Positions 1 to 9,527 of a DNA stretch of 64,000 bases are shown here, one piece after another; position 1 is the stretch's first letter; the number at the start of each line of letters is the position of its first letter. The notes under the pieces are model-generated. The model searched no databases and was not told the DNA's origin. It was given only the letters and a program-made list of their open reading frames with translations. The stretch is from an uncultured bacterium (GTDB taxonomy: Bacteria; Patescibacteriota; JACMRA01). Both the position numbers and the translations under genes were made by a program. The stretch is taken from positions 32,001 through 96,000 of the forward strand of contig CAWAQU010000012.1 in the NCBI GenBank assembly GCA_963784355.1, read 5' to 3'.

Positions 1-126
1 CCATAGCGTAATTATGGCATAATTTAAATATAAGGTCAAAATCAGTAGGGAATTTAGCTATTTTGTAATAATGGTGCTCGTGTATTTTTGACTTTTTGCT
101 GGCTTTGTAGTAATAATCTAACTTAG

Positions 127-1518
127 ATGATCATACAAAAGATAAAAGCGACATTTTTACATAGGCCCAATTTACAAGCCATATTTATTATTACTTTGGG
201 TACTTTGTTATCCAGATTATTAGGTGCCTTGAGAACTTTGGTAGTAGGAAAATTACCAACTATTGAAGCAGATATTTATAACCTAGCCTTTATTTTACCG
301 GATAATATCATCTCAATTTTTGTGATTGGCAGCATTACAGTAGCTATATTACCTAATATTATTAAACTACATTCAGAAAACAATCTAAAATCCTACGAGC
401 AGCAAAACATCTATGTTAGTTGGTGTACTTTATTCTTATCTTCTTTCATTGCTTTTTTAAGCATTATTTTGATCACATTTACACCTCAAGTTTTAGGCTT
501 TTTGAACCCCCAGGTTTTTAATAAATTAGTAAGTAGCGGCAAAGCAGAAGAGTTGGTTAGCCTGACCAGAATACTTCTTTGTACACCGTTGATTTTTGCT
601 GTGAAAACTGTTTTTGGGGCTTTTTTAAATTCCATTAAATCTTTTGTAATATATTCTTTTGACGGGGTAATTTCAAATTTTGGTGTATTGTTCGGGTTGA
701 TCGTATTGTATAGTTATTTTGGCCTCAACGGGGCAGGGTATGGGGTTGTTTTGGGCTTTTTACTGTCAACATTGCTATTTATATACGATTGCTGGAAACA
801 TGGCTTTAAATTTAATCTAGGAAGCTTTGATGGTTTAAATGTATATTTGTTAGAAACATGGCAAAATTTTTGGCCTCGACTATTTATTATCTCAAATTTT
901 CGAGTTACTCAGACCCTAATGACTTTAACTGCGGCTTCAATTGATGGTGAAATTAGTGCCTTGGTGATTGCTTTAAATTTGGAAAGCGTGTTTGTAGGCT
1001 TATTAATTGGGGTAGGGACTGTGTTTTTGCCTGATATTACTAAATTGTACATAGACAAACAAGATAAATTGTTCTGGCAGCATTTATGGAAGTATCTGAG
1101 GGCAAGTGCGATTTTTAGTACAATAGGGGGTATATTAACTATGCTTTCTCTGCCAATATTTTTCATGATAATAAATCAGTATAAAATCTTTGGTGCAGAT
1201 AGCTTTTTTGCTCAAGAAACCAATCAACAAAGAGTTCTTTTATTTACTTTTATCACGATTTTGAGTATTATTTTCCAAAGTACTGGGGATATTTTAAATA
1301 GATTATTTGCGGCAGTAAAAAACGTAAAAACCCCTCTAATTTCCTCTATAACAGGTAACTTAACAGCCATTATAATTGCATTTTTAGGTGTTAATTTATT
1401 TAAACTTAATCCCGGTATTGCTGTAGCTATTAGTTTTAGTATCAATAATGCAGTTTATACCAGTATAATGGGCATAAAAGTCTGGCATGATTGGAAAAAG
1501 AGTAAGTTGGTAGCTTAG
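127..1518 (+). CDS. murJ: Lipid II flippase MurJ/MviN
   Basis: N-terminal 'LGTLLSRLLGALR...ADIYNLAFILPD' and 'GTVFLP' motifs; about 12-14 hydrophobic segments. Confidence 0.85.
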   Translation: MIIQKIKATFLHRPNLQAIFIITLGTLLSRLLGALRTLVVGKLPTIEADIYNLAFILPDNIISIFVIGSITVAILPNIIKLHSENNLKSYEQQNIYVSWCTLFLSSFIAFLSIILITFTPQVLGFLNPQVFNKLVSSGKAEELVSLTRILLCTPLIFAVKTVFGAFLNSIKSFVIYSFDGVISNFGVLFGLIVLYSYFGLNGAGYGVVLGFLLSTLLFIYDCWKHGFKFNLGSFDGLNVYLLETWQNFWPRLFIISNFRVTQTLMTLTAASIDGEISALVIALNLESVFVGLLIGVGTVFLPDITKLYIDKQDKLFWQHLWKYLRASAIFSTIGGILTMLSLPIFFMIINQYKIFGADSFFAQETNQQRVLLFTFITILSIIFQSTGDILNRLFAAVKNVKTPLISSITGNLTAIIIAFLGVNLFKLNPGIAVAISFSINNAVYTSIMGIKVWHDWKKSKLVA

Positions 1519-1539
1519 TTTAAATCTATATTAGTAAAA

Positions 1540-2174
1540 CTAAAACATACCTTTAGAAATAGTGAATATAGCCATAGTTACAAGCAAAAATACAATTAAA
1601 ACCAAAAACCAGGAACATATTTTCACAAATATATTGTTACTTTTGTAAATCATTTTCAGTATTTTGATTAATAGCGAAAGTAATTCTGCTAACATATGTT
1701 GTAACATTTTTGGATAGGTTAAATTAAAATATAAATTTATTTGCAAGTTCTATAGACAATTTTGGCAATGCTACTGATTACTTTTTAATATTATTAAATT
1801 TATTTAGTACTGAATTTTCCTCGCTAATGGCTTTATTTATTTTGTTACAATCAAGATCTTTACTTATCAAACAATAAATCCATAATATTATTCTAACAAT
1901 CAACAGAATAATACTTAATGCAAACGGTACAAAAGTAATGAAAGTGATTATGTTTATAAAATTAAGACTATATTACAATAATTATTTGCTATACTTTCTT
2001 CATAAAAAAGCTGATTGTACGATAAAGACTAAGAAACGGGTAATTAATTTTAGCTTCATTGCTAATACCCCATGTTGGAACTGTAATCACAAAGGGTGAT
2101 AGAATCAATGCCAGAAGTATTATTTTGGTAAATTGTTTTAGGTACATAAAAAATATTTTTAAAAACCTAAGCAT
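1540..2174 (-). pseudogene. Probable decayed membrane-protein gene in several fragments
   Basis: Consecutive hydrophobic fragments in different frames: 1989..2174, a start-less frame at about 1779-1972 (YSLNFINIITFITFVPFALSIILLIVRIILWIYCLISK), and 1540..1746. Confidence 0.4.
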
Positions 2175-2379
2175 TTGTACTAAAATCTAAACTAGTCTCT
2201 TCTTAAATACTTATAGCTGATTGTCAAGAAATATAAAAGTAGCATTTTGTAAAAAACCTATATAATATAAGGCTGATTACACATAGCGTATTTTAACTTG
2301 CTTAAATTCAAATGTCCAAAAAGTAAAAATTGCTACAAATAAGTAGCAGTGTAAATACGATAAAAATAAATTTTAGAAC

Positions 2380-3579
2380 CTAATTATTGGCTGCCTGACA
2401 GACTGTCAGCATATGAGATAAATTACTTGATGCTAAAGAGAATATAAGCTCCATTTTACAATACTCAAAATCTTCAAAAAGTCTCTGCTTTGATAGCATT
2501 TTATGATACCAAATGGCTATTGACTCATCTCTACTTAATTCAACTTCTTTTATAACTCCAGCAACTTTAAATTTTATTTTATAATCTTTATCAGGTAAAA
2601 AATATCCAATCCTGCTAGAATCCTGATCATTATATTTTCCGTAAAAATCACAATTTCCAATATCAACGCTTAATAATTTTGGAGTTAGAAAATGTGTAAG
2701 GTTTTTATTGGCTAATCTATCAAAATCAGTTTTTCGATTATTTTTATCAATCATACTGATATTTACAAAAATATCTTCGTTATCCAAAGAATATCTAATG
2801 TTGTTGTAAACTCTGATATGATTTTCAAAATTACCAATTGTGCCACCTAGAGCGAAAACGATATTTAGTGTATCAGCTGTCTTATTTTCAAAAAGTATGT
2901 CCATCAAAGTTTGATGCTCCAAATCCCTAATATATGATTTATACTCCACAGAATTACCAAACCATTTTTTGATGTTTTGTTCAGAAATTTGTAGCATGTC
3001 TTTACTTATATCGACAGCAATGTATTTACCAAGCTTGTTATCTTTTACAAATTGATTAAGTATTTCTTGAATTGGATAAGAGTTTCCTGGACCTAAATCT
3101 ATAATATTAATTTTTTTATAATTTGCTATTCTAGTATTTAAAAAACAGACTGTTGAGTCTAATAATTCTTTTGTAGCTTTTATTACAGGGTAAGTTCCAC
3201 TTTCTAAGCTCTTCACATAAAACTCATCCCACATTTTAGCTCCTTCACCCATGTAAGTAAACTTTAGATCAATTTTCTTTTGTACCTTCAATGAGTTAAT
3301 AATTTCAATTTGCTGCTCTTTACTAAAAATCTCGTAAAATTCCGATTTTGGTTCGATTTCAGCGTAGCTTGAGCTTGGTCTGTATTTGCTTCCTTCTTCT
3401 TTGAGTTTTAGCATTTCCGCATAGTTATGCTCATTTTTCAAAACATAAACTTTTTTGTCACGCTTATCAACTTGAAGATTGTTTCTGCCTTCTTCTGCAC
3501 CATCAATCCATCTAGTAATTGTTGTCTTAGAAACATTGAAAAGCTCAGCAATTTCGGTATAAGTTCTATAATAATTCAT
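2380..3579 (-). CDS. N-terminal HTH fused to an EgtD-like (L-histidine N-alpha-methyltransferase family) SAM-dependent domain
   Basis: HTH 'TYTEIAELFNVSKTTITRWI'; 'LKFTYMGEGAKMWD', 'IIDLGPGN', 'YIAVDISKDML', 'LGGTIGNF'. Confidence 0.75.
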   Translation of the reverse strand: MNYYRTYTEIAELFNVSKTTITRWIDGAEEGRNNLQVDKRDKKVYVLKNEHNYAEMLKLKEEGSKYRPSSSYAEIEPKSEFYEIFSKEQQIEIINSLKVQKKIDLKFTYMGEGAKMWDEFYVKSLESGTYPVIKATKELLDSTVCFLNTRIANYKKINIIDLGPGNSYPIQEILNQFVKDNKLGKYIAVDISKDMLQISEQNIKKWFGNSVEYKSYIRDLEHQTLMDILFENKTADTLNIVFALGGTIGNFENHIRVYNNIRYSLDNEDIFVNISMIDKNNRKTDFDRLANKNLTHFLTPKLLSVDIGNCDFYGKYNDQDSSRIGYFLPDKDYKIKFKVAGVIKEVELSRDESIAIWYHKMLSKQRLFEDFEYCKMELIFSLASSNLSHMLTVCQAANN

Positions 3580-3608
3580 AATTCACAAAAATGGTAGTAA
3601 GTTTTTTC

Positions 3609-3637
3609 TTGACAAAACCGTGAAAATCTTGTAACAC
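3609..3637 (+). promoter_or_regulatory. Putative sigma70 promoter for the small ORF at 3674
   Basis: TTGACA (3609-3614), 17-nt spacer, TAACAC. Confidence 0.45.
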
Positions 3638-3673
3638 ATTTATACTTTAATTTTTAATACAAATTTTTGATTT

Positions 3674-3844
3674 ATGACCTTAACAAGTAAAAATTCAAAT
3701 AAGACAAAAGGAAAAACCAATACAAAACTTAAAAGTTTATTAAAAGACTTTGAATTGGCTTATAAATTATCTCCTTCTTTAACATCAAGACAAGTACAAT
3801 TGCTACAAAAAAAATTCGAACAGATTATCCAAAATAAAAAATAA
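3674..3844 (+). CDS. Small basic 56-aa hypothetical protein (below the ORF-track cutoff)
   Basis: Hand translation MTLTSKNSNKTKGKTNTKLKSLLKDFELAYKLSPSLTSRQVQLLQKKFEQIIQNKK*; promoter upstream. Confidence 0.5.
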   Translation: MTLTSKNSNKTKGKTNTKLKSLLKDFELAYKLSPSLTSRQVQLLQKKFEQIIQNKK

Positions 3845-3940
3845 TTTAAAACAACCATAATATAGAAAATGACTTATGTCAAAAGCCAAATAACTGCTTA
3901 TGTTTATTAAAAAGTTTACCCTTAAATAATAATATATTTT

Positions 3941-4165
3941 ATGTCTTTAAGAATCTCGGTTTTAACCCGGTTTGGATCTACTGTGCGAAAATATCGTCTT
4001 AAATTAGGTTTATCACAAGAAGAATTTGCTTTTGTTGTAGGATTACACCGCACATATGTAGGTGCTATTGAGAGAGGTGAGAGAAATATTACACTAAATA
4101 AAATGGTGCAAATAGCTAACGCTCTTAAAGTAAGACCGAGTGATTTATGCCAAGAGCTGGACTAG
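3941..4165 (+). CDS. XRE/Cro-C1 HTH regulator (controller-protein-like)
   Basis: 'GLSQEEFAFVVGLHRTYVGAIERGERNITL'. Confidence 0.9.
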   Translation: MSLRISVLTRFGSTVRKYRLKLGLSQEEFAFVVGLHRTYVGAIERGERNITLNKMVQIANALKVRPSDLCQELD

Positions 4166-4181
4166 TAACTAATTACTTTGC

Positions 4182-5813
4182 CTACTTTTTAGAATTTTTT
4201 GGCTGCTGATTAACTATCTCAACTGCAGCAAACTTTTTCCTGGACTTGTAAATGATTAGGCCTGTTCCTAGAGTACCTATAATTGAAAGCAATATTGCAA
4301 TATTACCGCTTCCTCCACTTCTAACAGTGTTTTTTACAGGGGCATCACCCGTCACTACAAATGTACTTGAAACTGGAATAATTGATGAATAGTTATTGTT
4401 ACCAAGGTTTTCTACATTGGCTTCTACTCCCGGAGAGCTACAGCTATAGGCTTTGATATTTGTTAAATCCTTAGGTAATGCGAAGAATACCTTAATTTTA
4501 TCTACTTTACTCTTTTCAAATTCGTAATTAAAACTGATACCCAATTTTTGTGTACCGCTGACTTCAGTACATGAGCCAAAATCAGAAATCAGTTTATAAT
4601 TTAGTTTAGAATTGGTTATTTCACTTAAGGCTGATATTTCAAACTTGCTCACGCCGTCCAAAGGTGTATTTATAGTTTGCATAGCACCAGAGGTAATGTT
4701 AAGTGTGCTACTACCTGAAGTGACTTTGGTAATCACCGGAGCAGTTGATTTTGGTGCTACAGTTGAAACTGTTGATTTCGGCGGTGTTGAACTAATAGTA
4801 GATTTAGGGGGAGTAGTTATTGTTCCTGACCCAGTTGAGCTACCTGTACTGCTTGCACTACTTGATCCAGTTCCAGTTGAGGTTGTACTTCCTGTTGATG
4901 TAGAACTTGTTGAACCAGTTCCTGAAGTAGATGTAGATGGTGAAGTACTACCTGATCCAGAACCTGTGCTCGAAGTATTGCTATTCGATGTTGTACTACC
5001 AGTGCTACCAGAGGAAGATGAGCCTGTTGAACCCGTTGTACTACCTGACCCAGTTGAGCTACCTGTACTGCTTGCACTACTTGATCCAGTTCCAGTTGAG
5101 GTTGTACTTCCTGTTGATGTCGTTGATGTAGAACTTGTCGAACCAGTTCCTGAAGTAGATGATGAGTCAGTTGATGCACCAATTTTCAGAACAAAAACTT
5201 GCTTTCCCGGTCTGTTTGACTCTTGATAACTTGAAGAATTAGCTGCATCCGGGTCAAAAGTAATTGTAGCTTGTTGATTTTCACTAGCACCAGATTTAAC
5301 TTTCATTTGCACTCTAATACAACCTGTATTTTTCTCTCTAAGTCTTGCAGGTGATCCGTTACCGCTTGGGGATATGGGTTGATTAGCAGTTTGAAAACCA
5401 TATGTAAAATTATTGCCTGCAATCAAATTAGGGCTGATAGGGTATACAGGACCTAGATAAGTGGAGTTACAAGTTGCTACGTCAGGCGGATTTTCATTGT
5501 CACCTCTAAGTGGGGAACCATAATAAAAATCGGCAAAACCCCCCGGAGAAAATTCAAAACCCTCTCCTGAAATATTTACTGACGCTTGAGCATTTTGTAT
5601 ATCAGTATCTGAGTTAATACTCCCATAGGAAAAGTATAGGTAAAATGGGGTAGTACGGTTTTTAGGGATAGGATAAGCACTTCTATCAACAACCGTATCA
5701 TTTTGTCTAGCTTTGGCAAAGTTTGAATACAGTGTGGCAGCAAGTACTACTCCTACAATAAATAGGATAAGAACTTGTATTATATTTTTTCTAATCGTTG
5801 TCATATTTATCAT
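4182..5813 (-). CDS. Secreted surface protein with Ser/Thr/Gly stalk and C-terminal membrane anchor
   Basis: N-terminal signal/TM, about 150-aa S/T/G-rich tract, then 'TVRSGG'-TM-'KSRKK' tail. Confidence 0.8.
   Translation of the reverse strand: MINMTTIRKNIIQVLILFIVGVVLAATLYSNFAKARQNDTVVDRSAYPIPKNRTTPFYLYFSYGSINSDTDIQNAQASVNISGEGFEFSPGGFADFYYGSPLRGDNENPPDVATCNSTYLGPVYPISPNLIAGNNFTYGFQTANQPISPSGNGSPARLREKNTGCIRVQMKVKSGASENQQATITFDPDAANSSSYQESNRPGKQVFVLKIGASTDSSSTSGTGSTSSTSTTSTGSTTSTGTGSSSASSTGSSTGSGSTTGSTGSSSSGSTGSTTSNSNTSSTGSGSGSTSPSTSTSGTGSTSSTSTGSTTSTGTGSSSASSTGSSTGSGTITTPPKSTISSTPPKSTVSTVAPKSTAPVITKVTSGSSTLNITSGAMQTINTPLDGVSKFEISALSEITNSKLNYKLISDFGSCTEVSGTQKLGISFNYEFEKSKVDKIKVFFALPKDLTNIKAYSCSSPGVEANVENLGNNNYSSIIPVSSTFVVTGDAPVKNTVRSGGSGNIAILLSIIGTLGTGLIIYKSRKKFAAVEIVNQQPKNSKK
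4825..5161. repeat. Intragenic direct repeat of about 110 bp (2 copies)
   Basis: 4825-4901 is identical to 5044-5120; identity resumes after a 9-bp insertion and runs to 4933/5161 with one mismatch. Confidence 0.9.
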
Positions 5814-5824
5814 GTAATATTAAT

Positions 5825-7312
5825 TTAAATCCCCCCAATTTCCGGTGTTCCTCCTGATGATCCTACTGCACCTACTATCAATACTAAAGTATCTACATTA
5901 TAATAAGTAGAATTATTGCTTGTGACTTCAACTTTAACTCTGTAATAGTTGATAGTTTGGTCTGCTGCAGTAAAATCAGTTTGGCATTTTCCGTCCGTCA
6001 TTGTAGCTGTAAAAGTTTTTAATAAATTTTGTTGAGTCCCGGAATTACCGTATCTATATAACTTGAAAGTACAATTTCCTGTTGTTACAGCACCACCATT
6101 GGAAGACTGTACCTGATCGTATACTAAAGTTACTTTACCATCTTTATATTTTTGAGATTGCAAATAACTTGTGTTAAACTCTAGACTTGAGTCCCAGTTT
6201 GCACTAACTCCATCTTTTCCTATAAAATATAGTCTTCCACTTTTATTTGAAGTAGGCGTAGCTTGAGTCAGATTTATTGTTCCTTTCTGTGATGAGCTAA
6301 ATGCTGTAGAATTAAAGTCTTGTTTCAGACTTAGGAATATATTGTTTGAACCGACTACGGCCTGAGTAGTGGGTATATTTTGACACTGTAAGATAGTGTT
6401 ATTAACAATCTCACATGTAGATGAATTTGTACCTTCAAAACTAGCTCCGGTGTTGGCGTACACTCCTGGAGTAATGTAGTAATTACCGTTTGCTAGATTA
6501 AAGTCACAGCTAACTGTTTGGCCTATTGTACCAGGGTTACAAATAGCTGTTTGTATGTTATCTATAGCAAGAATTGTGGTTATTGGCAAATCGATACAGT
6601 TACCTGTGTTTTCCAAAGTTATATGAGTAGAGTTTGCTACTAGTACACAAATCTTTCTAGCCAGGCTGGGTTTACTACTGATTTCTAAATTAAATGGCGA
6701 TACTCCGGAATAGTGTTGATTTTGAGGCAAGTTGTTTGGATCTTGCAGCTTGTAATTTGAATCTGTTTCGGTATAGTAAAAATGAAGGTGATTTCCTGTT
6801 GAAAGCGCACCTGTAGCAAAATTGATCACGTACGAATCAGTATTTGTAGAAATGCCTCTAATTTGAGCAAAATTTTGTGGTAAGCTAAAGTTTGTGGGTA
6901 CTTCTCCTACAACCCCTCCAACTCTTAAGCTACCTACTTGGCTGCTAGTAAGTGCACAGTTTGGTATAGTTTGGTCTGCTGTAGGAATCCAAGTAACAGC
7001 ATTACCAGTATTTTGGATAGTTCCGGTAAGTGAATTTTCACAACCGCTAGGTACAAAAATTGCTTGAGTTCCATTTGCAATATCACTACCTGTTAGGATA
7101 ATATTTGGTAAATTTTGCCCAAGTACACCTGTGACTTGCTGTGGAGAACCAAAAGTAGTATTTGCTGCTTTAGCATTCTTAGTAGTTTGGAGAAAGAGAT
7201 ATCCTGATATAAAGAGTAATATGGATATCAAGACGCCTACTATCAAGAGTTGTAACTTAATATTAGCTTCGCCATTTCTATTTTTATAATCGCTTTGCAA
7301 ACTGTATTTCAT
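5825..7312 (-). CDS. Secreted or membrane-anchored multi-domain (Ig-like, Cys-paired) surface protein
   Basis: N-terminal TM followed by 'AKAA'; T/N/G-rich beta-type domains, paired Cys, 'GNHLHFYY'; likely co-transcribed with 4182..5813. Confidence 0.65.
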   Translation of the reverse strand: MKYSLQSDYKNRNGEANIKLQLLIVGVLISILLFISGYLFLQTTKNAKAANTTFGSPQQVTGVLGQNLPNIILTGSDIANGTQAIFVPSGCENSLTGTIQNTGNAVTWIPTADQTIPNCALTSSQVGSLRVGGVVGEVPTNFSLPQNFAQIRGISTNTDSYVINFATGALSTGNHLHFYYTETDSNYKLQDPNNLPQNQHYSGVSPFNLEISSKPSLARKICVLVANSTHITLENTGNCIDLPITTILAIDNIQTAICNPGTIGQTVSCDFNLANGNYYITPGVYANTGASFEGTNSSTCEIVNNTILQCQNIPTTQAVVGSNNIFLSLKQDFNSTAFSSSQKGTINLTQATPTSNKSGRLYFIGKDGVSANWDSSLEFNTSYLQSQKYKDGKVTLVYDQVQSSNGGAVTTGNCTFKLYRYGNSGTQQNLLKTFTATMTDGKCQTDFTAADQTINYYRVKVEVTSNNSTYYNVDTLVLIVGAVGSSGGTPEIGGI

Positions 7313-7416
7313 ATTTGTTTTTGTTTTTCGTAGTTCTTTATAGTCTAAGTATACACTAAGTTTTGATTAAATGCAAATTTCTTTACAGAACTCAATAAAT
7401 GGGGAATTATTAGTAC

Positions 7417-9483
7417 ATGGACAGACTATTTTACCCTACTTCGGTTGCAATTATAGGTGCTTCAAATACATCCGGAAAAATCGGGAATATAATTCTGAAA
7501 AATATTATCGAAAGTGGCTATAAAGGCAAAATTTGGCCTATTAATCCAAAACATTCTGAGGTCTTAGGGTATGAATCCCACTCTTCCGTGTTTTTATTAA
7601 AAGAAATCCCTGATTTAGTAATTGTGGCTATAAAAGCTGAAGAAATCCTAGCGGTGATTGATGATCTTGGGAAATTAAAAATTAAACTAGCGGATGGCAG
7701 TCAGCTACAACAAACTTATGTGGTAGTAATCTCGGCCGGATTTTCTGAATTTGGTAAGGGTGGCTTGGAATTGGAGCAAAAGCTGATGCTTCTCTGTAAA
7801 AAGTATAGTATCGAACTTGTAGGTCCTAATTGTCTTGGTTTGATGAGCTTGGGAAAAAGTGAATATAGTTTTAATGGTACTTTTGACTTTGCGCCTAAGT
7901 TTAGAGGTAATGTAGCATTAGTATCACAATCAGGCGCTTTAATTTCCGTATTATTAGAGAATGCAGATTACTTTGGCTTTGGCTTTAGTAAAGTAATTAG
8001 TTTAGGGAATAAAGCCGGCATAAATGAGACTGAACTTTTAGAATATTTGGACAGTGATCCTGAAACAGAAGTAATTGGAATGTATTTAGAGTCCTTTAAG
8101 AATGGAAAAGAATTTTATAAACAACTAAATAGTTGCAGAAAGCCTGTAATTATTTTAAAACCGGGCAAAACCGAAGCTTCAAAAAAAGCAGCCTCTTCAC
8201 ATACGGGTGCAATTGCCGGAAATAGTAAAGTAACTTCAGCCTTTTTATCAGAAGCGGGAGCTATTGAAGTAACAAATTTGGAGGAAATGATTGATTGCCT
8301 AAATCTATTTTCAAAGTATAAAAGCGTAGACTCCGACCTTGTTTCTGTAGTCACAAATGCAGGGGGTGTGGGTGTTATGACTTTAGATGCATTAGAAAAT
8401 ACAGATTTGAAAATTACAAAACTACAAACTTTATCACAGACTAAACTTGCTGAAATATTACCCGGGGCCTCGAGCAAGATAAATCCGATTGATTTGTTGG
8501 GTGATGCCGGTGCAGGTAGATATGAAAATGTACTGGAAACGTTGTTAACTGATATACAGCCTGATTCTTTAATTGTAATTTTAACTCCCCAAGTAAATAC
8601 AGAAATTTTGGAAACAGCTAAGGTGTTGGTAGATTTTGCAGACAAATTTAAAAATACTGTGATTTTGCCTGTATTTGCAGGCCGTGAAAGGCTGGGTGAG
8701 GCGCATGATTTATTTAAACAGCACAACCTACCTTATTTTCAAACACCAGAAAGAGCGGTGAAAGCTTTGAATTATTTATATAAATATAGCCAGAGTCTTT
8801 TGCGAAAACGAACTAAATTGAAAGATATTGAACCAGTTACAATGCAATCTTTGCCCTTAGATACTTTTACCAGTAGTATTTCGGAATTTGAAAATGTAAT
8901 GAAATTAGCAAAAAAATACAGTATAAATGTCCCAAAATATATAAATCTAAAAGACTCCAAACATGAAGAAATTTTTGATTTACTTGGTAGTCCGGTTGTA
9001 CTAAAATGTGTAAATGGAGACATTCTGCACCGTACGGAAAACAATATGGTTAGAGTAGGGGTAGATAGTATAGCACAAATTCAAGATTTTGTCCAAGCTC
9101 ATCAAGGTCTCGAAATAATTGCTCAAGAAAGTGTTGAAAAAGGAATCGAGGTATTTTGTGGTATTCAAAATGATGTTGATTTTGGTCTTGTTATGGTCTT
9201 AGGTAGTGGGGGAATATATGCTGAGGCTATAGATGATTTTGCGATGGGTCCTTTACCAAAAAGCAAGGAAGAGGTCTTGAAAATACTTCAAAAAACTAAA
9301 GTATACAAAATTTTAAATGGTTTTAGGGGTAGTCAATTTGCTTTAGACGAGTTATTGAAATGTCTATTAAGTTTGGCTGAGTTAGCTCGTACTTTGCCGG
9401 TAGATTTTAAATCAATTGATATAAATCCTTGTATCGTTACAAAAAATGACTACATGATTGTAGATTTCAAAATACAGGTTTAA
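7417..9483 (+). CDS. ADP-forming acetate/acyl-CoA ligase, alpha-beta fusion
   Basis: 'SVAIIGAS', 'VGPNCLG', 'SQSGAL', phospho-His 'SSHTGAIAG', C-terminal ATP-grasp 'IDINP'. Confidence 0.92.
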   Translation: MDRLFYPTSVAIIGASNTSGKIGNIILKNIIESGYKGKIWPINPKHSEVLGYESHSSVFLLKEIPDLVIVAIKAEEILAVIDDLGKLKIKLADGSQLQQTYVVVISAGFSEFGKGGLELEQKLMLLCKKYSIELVGPNCLGLMSLGKSEYSFNGTFDFAPKFRGNVALVSQSGALISVLLENADYFGFGFSKVISLGNKAGINETELLEYLDSDPETEVIGMYLESFKNGKEFYKQLNSCRKPVIILKPGKTEASKKAASSHTGAIAGNSKVTSAFLSEAGAIEVTNLEEMIDCLNLFSKYKSVDSDLVSVVTNAGGVGVMTLDALENTDLKITKLQTLSQTKLAEILPGASSKINPIDLLGDAGAGRYENVLETLLTDIQPDSLIVILTPQVNTEILETAKVLVDFADKFKNTVILPVFAGRERLGEAHDLFKQHNLPYFQTPERAVKALNYLYKYSQSLLRKRTKLKDIEPVTMQSLPLDTFTSSISEFENVMKLAKKYSINVPKYINLKDSKHEEIFDLLGSPVVLKCVNGDILHRTENNMVRVGVDSIAQIQDFVQAHQGLEIIAQESVEKGIEVFCGIQNDVDFGLVMVLGSGGIYAEAIDDFAMGPLPKSKEEVLKILQKTKVYKILNGFRGSQFALDELLKCLLSLAELARTLPVDFKSIDINPCIVTKNDYMIVDFKIQV

Positions 9484-9527
9484 AACTCTAGCTAAGCTAA
9501 AGTGTTCATTTAGAGAGGTTAAAACAT

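Noticed and set aside
2380-4165. Restriction-modification system (methyltransferase plus controller)
   Set aside because: The methyltransferase lacks DNA-MTase motifs (DPPY/NPPY or PCQ) and no nuclease gene is present
4612-5226. ORFs 4612..5226 (+), 4817..5182 (-) and 4937..5131 (+) with repetitive V/P/E or Q/V sequence
   Set aside because: Shadow frames of the low-complexity S/T/G stalk of 4182..5813
7200-7312. Type IV pilin-like leader 'KNRNG/EANIK'
   Set aside because: Lacks the hydrophobic +1 residue and Glu+5; better read as an ordinary signal anchor
8115-9044. Antisense ORFs inside the acetate-CoA ligase gene, and similar ones inside murE, rny, tig, dnaE and the ATPase
   Set aside because: They overlap well-supported genes and show no motifs or independent expression signals
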